Shown: positions 1-14,217 of the stretch, one piece after another | Numbering within the stretch: the stretch's first letter is position 1 | Layout of the letters: every line of letters starts with the position of its first letter | From: Octopus sinensis | Taxonomy: Eukaryota | Reading direction: 5' to 3' | Assembly (NCBI RefSeq): GCF_006345805.1 | Contig: NC_042999.1 | Location: 53,196,001 to 53,260,000, forward strand | Length of the DNA stretch: 64,000 nt | Made by a program: the position numbers and the translations under genes | Notes under the pieces: generated by a model | Told to the model about the DNA's origin: nothing | The model's input: only the letters and a program-made list of their open reading frames with translations | The model's database searches: none

Positions 1-491
1 TTTATTGCTATCAGCACCGATGATGCTATACCTTGATACATAAGCACTCAGCTGCTAGTTCAATAGCTTTTAATTGCAGAAACAGCTGAAAGCCGATGAA
101 GTTGATTACACAATAATTCGTGTCTTGACATTAATAATTCATTTTGTATTTGCCTAACGCTTCATTCTGAGGCAAATGTGCATTGGGTTCTAAATGCAGC
201 TTACCAGTATCACCAGCCCCCCACACACACATGTAAAGATATTATTATTAATAAATAATATCAACAATAACATAAAAGGTCAGCAAGCATTAAAGCCAAA
301 AAGGCAAATTCATAAATTTATGATTAATTATTAATTATAATTCAGGGAACACGAACTGCCAGCATTGCTAGAAATAAGAGTAGAAAAATGCTCAAATAAG
401 CCACCATTTCACTGAAAATTCAACAGGCTGGCGAAATCGAAGAACGAGCAAAAATTAACTGACCATTGCGGTTGAAAGTCGCAAATGAGGA

Positions 492-583
<92 letters not shown>

Positions 584-686
584 TTTATATATATGTGTGT
601 GTGTGTAAGAGAGAGATATACTCTGTATAGAATACACTTCGTAGTGCTGAAAAGATTCAAACTTGAACACGTAGAGGAGTAAACGC

Positions 687-826
687 AAGGACAAGCAACT
701 TAGGCATTTCGATATACAAAAAATATTAAATACATTCAATAAAAAAAATGTACGCATGTTTACGTTTTTTAATATTAAATGTATTTAATATATTTTGTAA
801 ATCGACTTGCCTGACTTGCTTGCCTT
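687..826. repeat. Imperfect ~140-bp palindrome/hairpin
   Basis: aggacaagcaacttaggcatttcgatatacaaaaaatattaaatacattcaat pairs with attaaatgtatttaatatattttgtaaatcgacttgcctgacttgcttgcct; the central spacer is also near-palindromic. Confidence 0.85.
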
Positions 827-939
827 TTCATTTCCTCATATACATATATACTACATATATACATATGTGTGTGTCTATGTGTGTAAGTATATATATACAC
901 GCACACAATAGCATTATATATTGCGCACGTGTTTATAGG

Positions 940-1080
940 TTAATCGATTACCTCGACCCCAATACTCAGCAGGTACTTATTTTGACGACCTTGACGTAAT
1001 TTGAACTCGGAACGGTAAGACAGACGAAATGCCGCTAAGCATTTTGTCCGACATGCTAACAATTCTGCCCGATCGCCGCC
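940..1080 (-). mobile_element. tRNA-derived SINE family A (MetaSINE-like), degenerate copy
   Basis: Reverse complement of the ggcggcgagctggcaga...gagttcaaatt...aagtacc...ggggtcga pattern seen intact at 41628. Confidence 0.75.
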
Positions 1081-1307
1081 ATTTTATATGTCTATATTAA
1101 TTCCCGTTTACTTTCAGTTCTCTTTATTTGACGACATTTTCTTACATTTAATATCTTTTTATGTCCCCTTTTCTACTTGCTTCACTTTGACCCCCATCAT
1201 CTTATCCAACCCTCACACATCGTTCACCATTATTCTGAGGTGGAATTAATGCCAAGCAGAATCTTGTCACCACAAAGTCTTCTTTTCAAAGAAATTATAT
1301 ATCCTGA

Positions 1308-1691
1308 CTAGCAGTATCGCCCGGCGTTGCTCAGGTTTGTAAGGGAAATAACTATAAAGCATTTTTAGAGAGTTATAGCCAAAAAATAGCAAAAAAAATG
1401 GAAAAAAATGATGGTAAATTTTTTTTTTAGTTAAAAAAGGTGGAGTTGCGTCCCCTAGACAGTTTGCGGTTTGTGTTTCTGATTCTCGACCCCATGTCGA
1501 ATTTATCGATTTTTTTCAGAACTGGGGGAACTTTTCAAAATTTTCGCTGCGTTAGTTTTGAATTATGACATTGGGCTATGTGTGTGTCAAGTTTCATCAT
1601 AATCGGTTGAAAGCCGTGGTCAGGGTGAGGGTACAAGCAAACAGACACACAGAAACACGCACAGACAAACTGCCGTTTATATAGAGAGAGA
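1308..1691 (-). mobile_element. Non-autonomous Helitron
   Basis: On the minus strand it starts 5'-TC (tctctctctatataaacggcag) and ends with a GC-rich imperfect hairpin (cctgagcaacgccggg) followed by CTAG-3'; flanked by A and T with no TSD, the canonical Helitron termini. Confidence 0.8.
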
Positions 1692-3444
1692 TAAATGCAT
1701 ATAGATATCTATCGCCCTCTCTACATGTCTGTTTTTCCCCCTCTCAGTCTGTCTTTCTCCGTCTCTCTCTATCTTTCCCTCTCTCAGTCTTTCTCTCTCC
1801 CCGTCACTCTCCTTCTCTCTATCTATACATATACACATAGAAACAAACTGACAGACAGATATTACTTTCGCTTCATATGTATGTCTGTGTGTTTTGAATA
1901 TGCGTGTATGTGTATATTTGCATGCATATATACATACTTATTCATAAGTACGTACATAATTATAGAAAGGCATGAAAAGATGCACACATTAATAAAAGAG
2001 ATGTTTTGTCAGTATGACCAGCGGACGAACAAATGAGATACGAAAATATGGCTGTAAGTTGGAGTGGGTGAGTTTTGCCTGGTGTTAGAGGTCAAGGCGA
2101 TGTAAGTAGAGCAGTGGACAGGAAAAACGAATTATGATGAAATGTCAGTAAATGTTGAAACGTGAATGTAAAGAAGAATTAATCACAATAATATGGCGTG
2201 ATGACGGCTGAAGCGACAGAAACGCAAGATGACTGAACAGTGTCAGAAAGAAGTTGACGTAGATTTACTGCGCAAATGTAAAGGTCAGCAAGTGTTGAAG
2301 ATTAGAATCTATTTCCAAATAAGTGAATACATGTTAGACGTCCTGTCTGCCTTACGTCAATGAATATTTTACATTTCTCTTCATATGTAGGATTATGTAT
2401 TCCTGGTTTGTAATGTTAAGTACGAGAAGCATGTTTTTTTTTATATATATATAAAATGTCTTCGTGTAATGAATTCGAAGAAACACCCTATTTAATACAT
2501 TTTTATATTTTGTATGCTAGATTTGTTTCCAGTAATATACTTGATTCGCATTACTTATGCGAAGTTGATTTATTGCATAGCGGGTGTATAATAAATCGGG
2601 TTTCCGGTAAAAGGCTGCTTAGAATGCAGAAATTATTTCAAAGTTCTGTGCTAATTACATCCCTATAGATTAATTAACCGCTGTCAAACACGATGTTTAA
2701 CTTAAAACTGTTGCGTAAATAAGCAGTAGAAATGCCACGAAAATCTTCCGTTTTCTGTGATTATTTACTGGAACAATTCCAGAGACTTGTCGTTCATTAT
2801 TTACAGAAATCAATATTCCCTTCTGCCAAAAATGGAGAAATTGTAGAAAGAACGCTTAATTATTGGATTTACAACTATTTCGTTTTTTTTTTTTTCGTAG
2901 ATATCGCTGAAGGAAACTCGTTAAATATGTCGTCAAAGATAATGAAGGTATCATTTCACTTTTTATTCACATAATAAACGCCACTACCCGATTCCGTTTT
3001 CAAAGCCTTTGAGTCGGGTAGAATGTAAAGAAGGAATTATCGTTAGATAATATGCCATACCTGAAAACTTACATCTAGATTGGAGTGGCAAACCGGATGA
3101 CGGTTTGATTCTACCACCAAGATCAAGAAGGTTTTATCCTATGATTTCCACCTATCAGTTTTAAATTACAGGGTTTGGTTAGTACCACACTATGGTAAGA
3201 GACACGTATCGAACCGTCCCGCCATAGAATTGAACCTGACACTGCGTGTTGTGAACATCGTATTGCAGAAGCATGTCTAAGTCCATTGTTTCATTGAAGA
3301 AACAAGTAAACCTAATAGATTTTGACTAAGGCAAAGCGTTAAACACAAATATGCACACCGATAAAGTGCAGCCGTAGTACTATATTGCCAAGTCCTAAAA
3401 AAATTCTTACTTACACTAGAACTTCTGTGGTGCCAAACGGCGAC

Positions 3445-4102
3445 CATCATCATCATCATCATCGTTTAACGTCCGCTTTCCATGCAAGAACGGGTTGGAC
3501 GGTTCAACTGGGGTCTGGGAAGCCAGAAGGCTGCACCAGGCGCAGTCTGATCTGGCAGTGTTTCTACAGCTGGATGCCCTTCCTAACGCCAACCACTCCG
3601 TGAGTGTAGAGGGTGCGTTTTACGTGCCACCGGCACGGAGACCAGACGAAGCTGGCAACGGCCACGATCGGATGGTGCTTTTTACGTGCCACCGGCACGG
3701 AGGCCAATCAGGGCGGCATGGCTACGGTCACGTTCGGATGGTTCTCTTACGTGCCACCGGCACTGGTATCACAGCTACAAATTCCATTGATGTTGATCGA
3801 TTACGATTTTGATTTTCAATTGCCTCAACAGGTCTTCACAAGTGGAGTTTTGTGTCCCAAGAAGGAAAGGAATGCATAAGATGGCTGGCTACATCCCAAG
3901 TAGAGGCCACGGGATTATGGTCTCACTTGTTCTGCCGGGTCTTCTCACGCACAGCATACTTCCAAAGGTCTCGGTCTCTAGTCATTTCCTCGGTGAGACC
4001 TAAAGTTCGAAGGTCGTGCTTCACCACTTCGTCCCAGGTTTTCCTGGGTCTACCTCTTCCACAGGTTCCGTCAACCGCTAGGGTGTGGCACTTTTTCACA
4101 CA
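3445..4102 (-). mobile_element. RTE-clade LINE 3' end (C-terminal ORF remnant, 3' UTR, (GAT)n tail)
   Basis: ORF 3923-4153 contains [17 protein letters not shown]...DRDLWK, typical of RTE C-termini; ends in a (cat)n tract on the plus strand; UTR has short internal repeats (ttacgtgccaccggcac x3). Confidence 0.85.
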
Positions 4103-4147
4103 AATTTTATTCAAATTTCGGTGAATCTTTGATAAATCTTGCATATA

Positions 4148-4271
4148 AAACAAATATACCTACAAACCCACATACATACACATGCGAATATCCACACATA
4201 TATATACATACGCACATGTATATACATACAGACACACACATACATACAAATACACAAACACATATATATAC

Positions 4272-4331
<60 letters not shown>

Positions 4332-4470
4332 CATACATATATATATACACATACATACACATACACATACACATATACACACATATACACATATAACACA
4401 TATACACATATAACAAAAAATAAAAAAATAAATATATAAATATATATGTGTGTGTGTATATATGGGTATA

Positions 4471-4514
<44 letters not shown>

Positions 4515-4733
4515 CGTGTGTGTGCGTGTATGTATGTGTGTGTATGTGTATGTGTATGTATGTGTATATATATGTATGTATATATATATATATATATATT
4601 ATATATATGTATATATATGTGCTTGTGTATTTGTATGTATGTGTGTGTGTCTGTATGTATATACATGGGCGTATGTATGTATATATGTGGATATTCGCAT
4701 GTGTATGTATGTGGGTTTGTATGTATATTTGTT
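4148..4733. repeat. Large inverted repeat built from microsatellite-like sequence
   Basis: aaacaaatatacctacaaacccacatacatacacatgcgaatatccac (4148 onward) is the near-exact reverse complement of gtggatattcgcatgtgtatgtatgtgggtttgtatgtatatttgttt (ending 4733); mirrored ORF translations agree. Confidence 0.9.
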
Positions 4734-5046
4734 TAATATGTTTTTCAGGTATATTTATCTACTTCTTCCTTCCACTTAACAATAACAAACTGAATAAAAG
4801 CAATTGTCTTCTAATTTACCTAAAACCCCATCCCACATATCTGACTCTATTCAATTATTCTATTTATTTATTTATTTATTCATTTATTTACTTTCTCACT
4901 GACTCTTCTCATTTCAATAAACTCTCTGGCCTTTTGACCACTCCCCTAAGAACAATAGTTTGTGCCCTGCTTACCCAAAAACGTCCCCCACCTCACCCCA
5001 TTAAATCTGCCTAAATGTATAAATACCAGACCTTATTTTGACAGCC

Positions 5047-5097
5047 AGCTTCCTGAAGATTTCATCTGAATGAAACAGTTCTAGTCCTGCTGAAGCT
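5047..5097 (+). ncRNA. Type I hammerhead-like motif (U16.1 changed to C), probable PLE pLTR remnant
   Basis: agcttc-CTGAAGA-t-ttca/tc/tgaa-t-GAAA-cag/ttctagtc/ctg-CT-gaagct; TATAAATA about 25 bp upstream and (TA)n downstream. Confidence 0.6.
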
Positions 5098-5120
5098 CCT
5101 TCTATAAAATAAATATATAT

Positions 5121-5162
<42 letters not shown>

Positions 5163-5802
5163 TATAGATGCACATGTATATGTTTACATACACACACACA
5201 CACACCACACACACACACACACACACACCACACACACATATATATATATACATACATACATACATACATACATACATACATACATGTACACAAACATACA
5301 AGCATTCACACACGCGTACATACGCTCACGCACACACACATATAGACACGCATCTAATTTGTTGTATCACGGGAGGGACCTTATGACAATAATAAAAACA
5401 TGAACTGGTCTGTATTTCACTTTCAGTATGATGATTAGCCTACTAGTTGCATATTCAACCATTTAAATATCTATTGTTTGATTAATGTTTTTGTCAATCA
5501 CACCAATAAGAAAAGTGATTTATTCAATGAGTCCATATGATTAATGAGGTTACGAATAGCAATAAAGACCTTTTATGAACCTAGTTGATTGTCTGATTGT
5601 CAGAACGACAAATCGAACAATCAATTAATTAATCGGTTAAATGGTTAGCTAGTTGATTACTGATATTTAAGAAAAGAAGTGAAATCGAAACAATGCCTGT
5701 GTTTAATGGCATAATGGCCGTCCCGGGATACAACGAAATCTGCTTTAACATACTTCATCATATCACAAACCTCGCAATGAAGAAACATAATCCAAATTTA
5801 TA

Positions 5803-6030
5803 CCTATTTCTTTACTACCCACAAGGGGCTAAACACAGAGAGGACATATAAGGTCAGACAAACGGATTAAGTCGATTATATCGACCCCAGTGCGTAACTG
5901 GTACTTATTTAATCGACCCCGAAAGGATAAAAGGCAACGTCGACCTCGGGCGAATTTGAACTCAGAACATAGTGGCAGACGAAATACCGCGAAGCATTTC
6001 GTCCGGCGTGCTAACGATTCTACCAGCTCT
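5803..6030 (-). mobile_element. SINE family A (MetaSINE-like)
   Basis: cgaccccgaaaggataaaaggcaacgtcgacctcgg...aatttgaactcagaac matches the other family A copies. Confidence 0.9.
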
Positions 6031-6851
6031 TCGTATACAAAAACAGCGGAGAAACGCGGAGAACTCAATTGTTATCCAATAATGTTTTCGTGTGCACGTT
6101 AACTGTGTGTGCATCTGTGCGTGTCACTTGAAAAATCAATCAAGTGTGATATATAGATAATCTTCACCTTCTCAGCTTCGAAACGGGTTACAGCACATGA
6201 CTGAACGCATCTAGTGAGCGTTAAAATATACTGTAATGTAAGATTGGAAAGCTTGATAGAGAGCCATGTCTAGAAATAATTCTGGACACACACAATGCTA
6301 AAGTTATCTCATGCTTTGACAAATAAGGAGAGTGATCTCGAGTTTCATTTGCTGCGAGTCAATGTTTGTGAACGGGGCACTGAACTGAGGCTGCACTTCA
6401 ATTTTTCTCTGTATTATAAACAACAAAATAACTGCTATCTGCCAGGACCAACAAAAAACTTGAGGAATGAACCGCACGCCTATGTATGTCATGTATGTAT
6501 AATATATATGTACGTACCCATGCATGTGCAGATATATATATATATTTACATTCATATATGCATACACATGCACGAAAACACACACACACACACACAAACT
6601 ATATATATAAATAATCTGGGTAAAATCATTATAGTGTTTTCCAAAGCAGGTTTCCAGGTATCGCCTGCCACATATTATAAAACATATTAGGAACTTCTCC
6701 TGTTACATGTCATGCTTTTCGAAATCCACAAATATCTGGCGAGTTTAAACAAAATTAGATTTAATAAAGGCGATAGACTGAACAAACTTTATTGCATGTC
6801 ACTGAAATTGTTTCGGCGCATCATTATCAACTGTTAATTGCTGAATGGTAT

Positions 6852-7358
<507 letters not shown>

Positions 7359-8099
7359 AATGTTACATATATTATATGCAATATTGCAGTAATATGATTC
7401 AACAAACTGAATGTGGTTCGTTTGTCTAAGAAGTCATTGTATAGAAATGCAAGATATAAACACTATTGGCGAAAAATACATCTTCATATTGCATAGTGCC
7501 GTGTACACGATATATAATATTGATCCAGATGCCGATCAATGTTTATGTTACCTTAGTTAACGAATTCATTCAGTGCGTTTAAAGACATACAACACTTATT
7601 CATACCCTTACCTATAATAGTTTCAAAGATGCAGATTATTACGTTCGGTGCCAGATCAATTGGTACTTAAGCTAGTTATTGGATTTTTTGCAAAAACACA
7701 GAAACTTAAATAGTAGATCACAGATAAATGTTCAAATGAAATAAACATATATGGAGGGTTTACCCTAACAGTGACTGTAATGAACTCTTTCGACTTTAGA
7801 AATAATTGAACAAACAATTTTAACGAAGTGCAAGATAATACAACTGAACATGGAATTATGTAAGGCTAGGACACCATCATCTGACTGCACTACTTAATGC
7901 TCTACAATATTAATTACTGACATCAGATGCTCCTTTCATGCAAATGGTATTGGATATTCTCTTAGTATTAGATCAAAATAGGTTTACTTAGAAACGAATG
8001 TGTGTGGAACATTATAATTACTCTTAATACATAATTTGTTGCCGTTTAGCTTTTTATAAGTATAGTATTAAGTAGAAATGAGACCTACGCTAATATCTG

Positions 8100-8436
8100 A
8101 AACATTACAGTAAGTCACTCAGTACTAACAGTAATTTTAAGATTATATTCTAGGAACTTAAATTAGAGATTATATCTGAAGTCGTTCTAGAGGAAATTGT
8201 TCATGTGACAAGAGATTATCTCTGTCATTCCACCTTACGCTAAACTGCTTCAGTCTCTATCGTTTCTTCGATAGACAGTTCATATCTATCAAATCTTGTC
8301 TCCATCCAAATAACCATGCTGATATGGACCAACTCAATAGCTTTCTTCATTGTTTCTTATTCTGTTACTAATGCTATTGAAACTCTAATCGCAGTGTAAA
8401 GATTTTGACGTAACTGGATTAGTGATGGGTGAGGAT

Positions 8437-8483
<47 letters not shown>

Positions 8484-9150
8484 TATATGTATTACGTCTG
8501 TTCATTGAAGATATAAGCTATTATTCAGTGTAATCACTTTGGGGCTGTTAATTCACAGTAATAGTTTTAAGAACATTAGCCTGTTTATCTTCTCAACCTC
8601 ACTCATTACAGCATTCAACGTCAACAGCGAAAGTGTGAATGCAATTCACGTAGGAAATTGTGTTGGTAGGTGCCGAGCTGAATTTATTATCGAACTTTAA
8701 ATTACACTGGAATTATAAAAACTGACTCACGAGACCAGTGTAACGTTGGTCTTTCCGAAAATTGCCAAATTAAGTAATGAAAATTCATGGATCAGATATT
8801 TAGTTATTCACCAAAGATGTGATGCGAATGAAATTTTGTTAGGAGGAAGCTTGTAAAAACGCGAGTTCAAGGCCATGTAGCAAATATCAGAAAAACTAAG
8901 AAATTAGCTCTAAATTCATGAAAACAATGTTTCTTTTTCAGCTGATTTTTGAATGAATTAATCAAGTTGAGGAGCAATTCATAACAGCCTTTGTCATTTT
9001 TTAACTGCTCAGAAATGCTGACTAATTGCAGCATGCTGGGTGTAGAAGTAATTAAATCAATACGTGAATTTATATCAGTCAATATTAAGAATATATCACC
9101 TCTTGCAGCAGATATGACAATCAGTATTTGTTTAACGAACACAACATAAA
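8100..9150 (-). mobile_element. Possible highly decayed hAT-type transposase remnant
   Basis: Frameshifted minus-strand peptides (YVVFVK..CHICCK; YVNCIH...LNAVMSEVEKIN) loosely resemble hAT N-terminal and CxxH regions; heavily disrupted. Confidence 0.25.
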
Positions 9151-10674
9151 CACACTAATTTAAAACACATTGAAAGTATTTGTGTTTTCGCTTCTAATTA
9201 ATGCTGTAACTTATAACCTGCAATTGAAGGAACACGCCTAAATGAATCTCTGCTTTAACACTTCCTTTTCACTGGAGTTAAAAGTCGGTTACATCAATGA
9301 AATCGTTAATGCATCAATAACTAACGAGAAAGATTATTTTGGTTAGTTGTGGTTATTTAATTATTTTCCACAAGCATTTATTGTTAGGAGTGTCTCTGGA
9401 TAATTGTATCACATACCACAGTGAAAAGACGACGATTTCTTTCGAATATTTACAAATGAGTTACGAACGGAACCCCTTATATATAAAGTGAGTTGACGGC
9501 ACCATAACGATTTCATGATTTTTTTGAGGTTTCAAAGCCTTCATAAAAATACTTTTAAATATAGAATTATTTTATCCGCTCAATCGTGTGTTGTGTTTTT
9601 TACCTCTAGCAATATTTACCAGACCTACATCAACTGAGAAAATATTGGTTTCAAATTTTGGTAGAAGGCCATAATTAGAATGCAAATCGAATGAGACCAG
9701 GTAGGAAACTGTCACTAGTATGCTTGAGTTTGTGGAGGAAATAAAAGCAGAGAGAACTATACAAAGTCGTATATCATTGCAGTCCCAAGATGTAATTAAT
9801 TGAGATTTAAAACAATCTCATTTTTCTTTAAAATTTACGTGTTTACGTATTTTTATATTTTAGGTTAATGTAGATAAGTTTATATAAATATGTGTCGGAA
9901 TAAATATATCCTTTAGATTACGAAAAAGCAGAATTCATAAATATACATATTTCTATCTGTTATCTATTAATATAAATCCACCGTGGATTTTAATAGAGCT
10001 AAACACCAATTCTCCAATGCCACTTTGTATTTGTTAGATGAATCGTGATACGTTTTGATACTATTATTTCCCTGTTGATTCAGACTGGCATTTTCTATCA
10101 ATATTACGGTGAAATTATATTTATTCAGAAATAACCACCATATCTGGATTAAATATTCAATTCCTAAATCTCTTTACCCCTCTTGGTTCTTTGTATCTGC
10201 ATGTGCAACGCAGAGAAATATAGCTTTAATTAATAATCGAAACCTTTGTTATCTTTACTCTTTCCACGACTGATTAAATTTGTTATCTTTTTGACAAGGA
10301 AGAATACTGTGGTAAACATTTTTTAAGAAAAATATAGTTCATTTTGTTTGCGTTTGAAAGTAATTTTTTACATCCAATGCGGTGAGCTGGTACAATTGTA
10401 AACACACCGAGCAAAATGCATCATGGTTAGCAATATAAACAGACTTTCAGTGCCCAATCAGACACTGACGCTGCAAATAGCCAAGTGGCTAATTAAAATT
10501 TAATTAATAGCGACAAGAGCAGTATTAATTCCAAAAGTGTAATATTTATTCGCGCTTAAACGTGCATGATGTGTTAGAACACAGGATATTGCGATACATA
10601 TTCATATAAACTTGTGGTGCATATGAGCACTGGTATTTACATCGCTAGCAGGAGATAAATCAACCGCCATCGAT

Positions 10675-10730
10675 TCCGCCAGGACTATCAATAACGTGAT
10701 CTCGGCTTTCCTTAGCCTCGTCAGTGGTAG
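10675..10730 (-). ncRNA. Degenerate hammerhead-like motif
   Basis: cca-CTGACGA-ggct/aagga/aagcc-GAGA-tca/cgttat/tga-tagTC-ctgg; GAAA is mutated and stem I is imperfect. Confidence 0.35.
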
Positions 10731-10890
10731 ATGCCCAAAAGTTGGAAAGCGCATCGATTTCTCCGCTAGCAATATACATAGAATCGTTAATTGCCAATAG
10801 GCTTAATACAAGAAATAATTAAAAGTGACAGAAGCCCAACTAAATAGCAAATGGTTATGTTTATCCACCACCTAAAAGTGTTTGTTTTGA

Positions 10891-10953
<63 letters not shown>

Positions 10954-11995
10954 TATATAAGACTCGCAGATTTCGGGCGGCTAACAGTCGAAGTAAGGCC
11001 GGGACATGGTGGTTCGGACGGCAACTATGGACTGCTACCGACACAAACAAACAAGTTCTCTCATGGTAACTAACACAAAATTCACTTTTAGTCGGGATGA
11101 ATATGTACACACACACACACACACACACACAGATACACACTTATCACGCACTCACGTATATACATATAAGCATATAGGAGTGAATGTTAGGATAAGCAAG
11201 TTAGGTGAGTCGAAACACATAACTTGCATTTAATACCAAAAAGTCATAAATATATCAAATATAAAATATGTAGAAATGTATACATATAAAACGGTCCGAC
11301 TACACAGTATAGAAATGATATCGGGAATCAAGGGTTTTGAATAAGAGTTTTACGAATCCAACAACTGTTTCTGGGGGCTTGGTGGTCCCAAAGAAGTTTT
11401 ACATTTGTGGTTTTGACAGAAAGGAGATTAATGATGGAATGATTTTGTTGAGAAATACGTTTATTAGAAGGAGGAGTTGGGAGATATTTAGATAGAGAGT
11501 AATGGGGGAGGGATAAATTTTAGGGTTAGGGGTTATTAATGAGGCTAGTAGGGAATATTAGTAGTATAGGTGGTAAGTGGGAGGAAGAGGGGAGAGTGGT
11601 TTAGGTCCTTTATGAATGGTAACTTTTCTGTTAGTTTGTATGAAGGCTACAGAGTTAAAGGCAGAGATAGTGGAATTAGGAATGACCATTTTTTGAGGGA
11701 AATAAGCTGACTGGTTTGGTGAATAGGCGGTCAAAATGGTAGTTCTTAGTGGGACAAAGAAACTGGGTTGGTATTGAAGGGAGTTGTTATGGTACGATGA
11801 GGTATGGGAATGGATGAGGAGTGTGTGAATCGGGAGGAGTGGAGATAGATTAGTTAGTTTCCAAAGTAGTGGGGTAGTGTTAAGTACTTTTCAAATATGG
11901 GGCGGGTGGGGAGTCCAGAAGAATTTGGAAATGTGTGTATGAGAAACAATTAGGGGGATGGTATTATTTTTCAAGATAGTATTAGTTTTCAATAA

Positions 11996-12193
11996 GGCAG
12001 CAAGCTGGCAGAATCGTTAGCACGCCGGGCGAAATGCTTACGTTCTGAGTTCAAATTCTGCCGAGGTCGACTTTGCCTTTCATCCTTTCGGGGTCGATTA
12101 AATAAGTACCAGTTACGCACTGGGGTCGATGTAATCGACTTAATTTGTTTGTCCATCCTTGTTTGTCCCCTTGTGGGTAGTAAAGAAATAGGT
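11996..12193 (+). mobile_element. SINE family A (MetaSINE-like)
   Basis: ggcagcaagctggcagaatcgttagcacgccgggcgaaatg...gagttcaaattctgccgaggtcgactttgcctttcatcctttcggggtcga. Confidence 0.9.
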
Positions 12194-13028
12194 ATTATTT
12201 TTCAGGTAATAGGTTGCTAGGCTAGCTTGCTTTAGTTTAAAGCATTTTGAGTACATATCTCGATCTCTGACGCATGTTTAGACTCTAAATTCTAATCACT
12301 TCATGCAAGAAATGAGTTGGCATGAAGATAAATAGGTCAAAGTGGATGTCCAGAGAAAGATCTTTGGGAATAATAAACACAAATTGTTCCCTGATATTGA
12401 CAGTTTATTATTCTCAATTTACGTTTTCACGATTTCCACAGTTAACATACAAATAGCATCATCATTATCCGTGTAATTAAATAATTATTATATGGAAAAT
12501 ACGAAATGAACTCATCAGAATGAAGTGAATAAATCGTTTCATCAGGAAATAAAATCCAAATACGAGCATCAAAGCGCCGTTCCTATTTAATTAAGATACA
12601 GACCACACACATATATAGATAAATACATAAGAATATACACCAAAAGATGAAAAGCTATATTCTTATCTCATTTAAATTATATAACTTACTGTTTTTATAT
12701 ACGTTTTATATAATTATAATCATGATGGGATTTGCGTACTGACTTTGGAAATGCTATAGGTTTTAAAATGTAATTTTGAAATGTCGCAAAGAAATTTTTG
12801 CTAAAGAAATAATTGCATGTGACAATGTGCGCACAGTGCGTATGTGTATGCACTATGTACTTCTGTGTATGTGTTTATGCAGGCATATACCCCTCTCTCT
12901 CTCTCTCTCTGCATAAATATATATATATACACACACAAAAATGAATATGTATATATATACACATATGTATACATATATATATATATGTATGTATATATTT
13001 ATATATATATGTATATATATTTGTATGT

Positions 13029-13076
<48 letters not shown>

Positions 13077-13106
13077 CTTATATGTACATACACATGTATA
13101 TATATG

Positions 13107-13153
<47 letters not shown>

Positions 13154-13985
13154 CATATATCAAAACAGAGAGAAAATACAAATAGGGATGCAGGGACTCA
13201 ATAATCTGTATTTCTCCTAGTTCTTTCTCCAAATTTGTATTGATCTCTGATCTTTGCTCTCTTAAAGCAAATCATAAATGCTAATCGGCTGAGTACGTGT
13301 ATTGCCTCTGATATATACATATATATATATATATCAGTCTAAACTGTGTAACCGGTTGAATCTTAAAATAACGAATATTTTAACTATACTCAGTGTATTT
13401 TCAAATACTATCTTTCCTACATTCCTACCCGTGTGGAATAAAATAACTTTGCTTTCTCTGTCTATCTGTCTCTTTCTGTCTCTAGCTATCTGTCTGGCTG
13501 TCTTTCTCTCCCCTCTTTCCCTCTCTCTCTCTCTCTCTCACTATATATATCTATATATATATATAAAACTCAACTTGTGTGTCTGTGCGTGTATATGTAT
13601 GTGTGTCTGTGTGTTTAACTCCCCGGTACATCTTCTCCTAGCCAACAAATCGTAGAATCACCAAAAAGGGTCACTTAAAGTTTAGGCGAATGAAAATTGA
13701 ACTGCGCTATTTCTGTTCCGAAATTCATCTCGCAAGTGCAAAAATCGATAATGTGTTTGTTTAGGCCTTACCCCATGCATTGAATAGTGAACTTTACTCA
13801 GACAGCTGTTTGACGGGAACTGTGTTCACCACGCGTGCAAGCATGCGTAAATTGCATGAAAAATAAAAAAAATCAAGACATAAAAACGAATCGCCGTAAA
13901 CAATGTAGAAATTCGGCAAAGAAATGAATTTTCGGGATGTAGCCTGGAGGTTTTTTTCATATTAATATATATATATATGTATATA

Positions 13986-14057
<72 letters not shown>

Positions 14058-14167
14058 ATATATATATAGGTATATATATATATAATATATAATATATTAT
14101 ATATATATATATATATTATATATATATATATATATCATCATATATATTATATGTAGTATATATATTA

Positions 14168-14216
<49 letters not shown>

Positions 14217-14217
<1 letters not shown>

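Noticed and set aside
3618-3762. Three spaced ttacgtgccaccggcac repeats, superficially CRISPR-like
   Set aside because: The spacers resemble each other, the repeats lie in an RTE 3' UTR, the context is eukaryotic and there are no cas genes
11250-11960. Strand-biased G-rich segment that may be a retroelement 3' remnant
   Set aside because: No diagnostic protein motif or terminus could be read with confidence
12505-12550. Two CTGATGA motifs on the minus strand
   Set aside because: No stem II-GAAA-stem III arrangement follows either one
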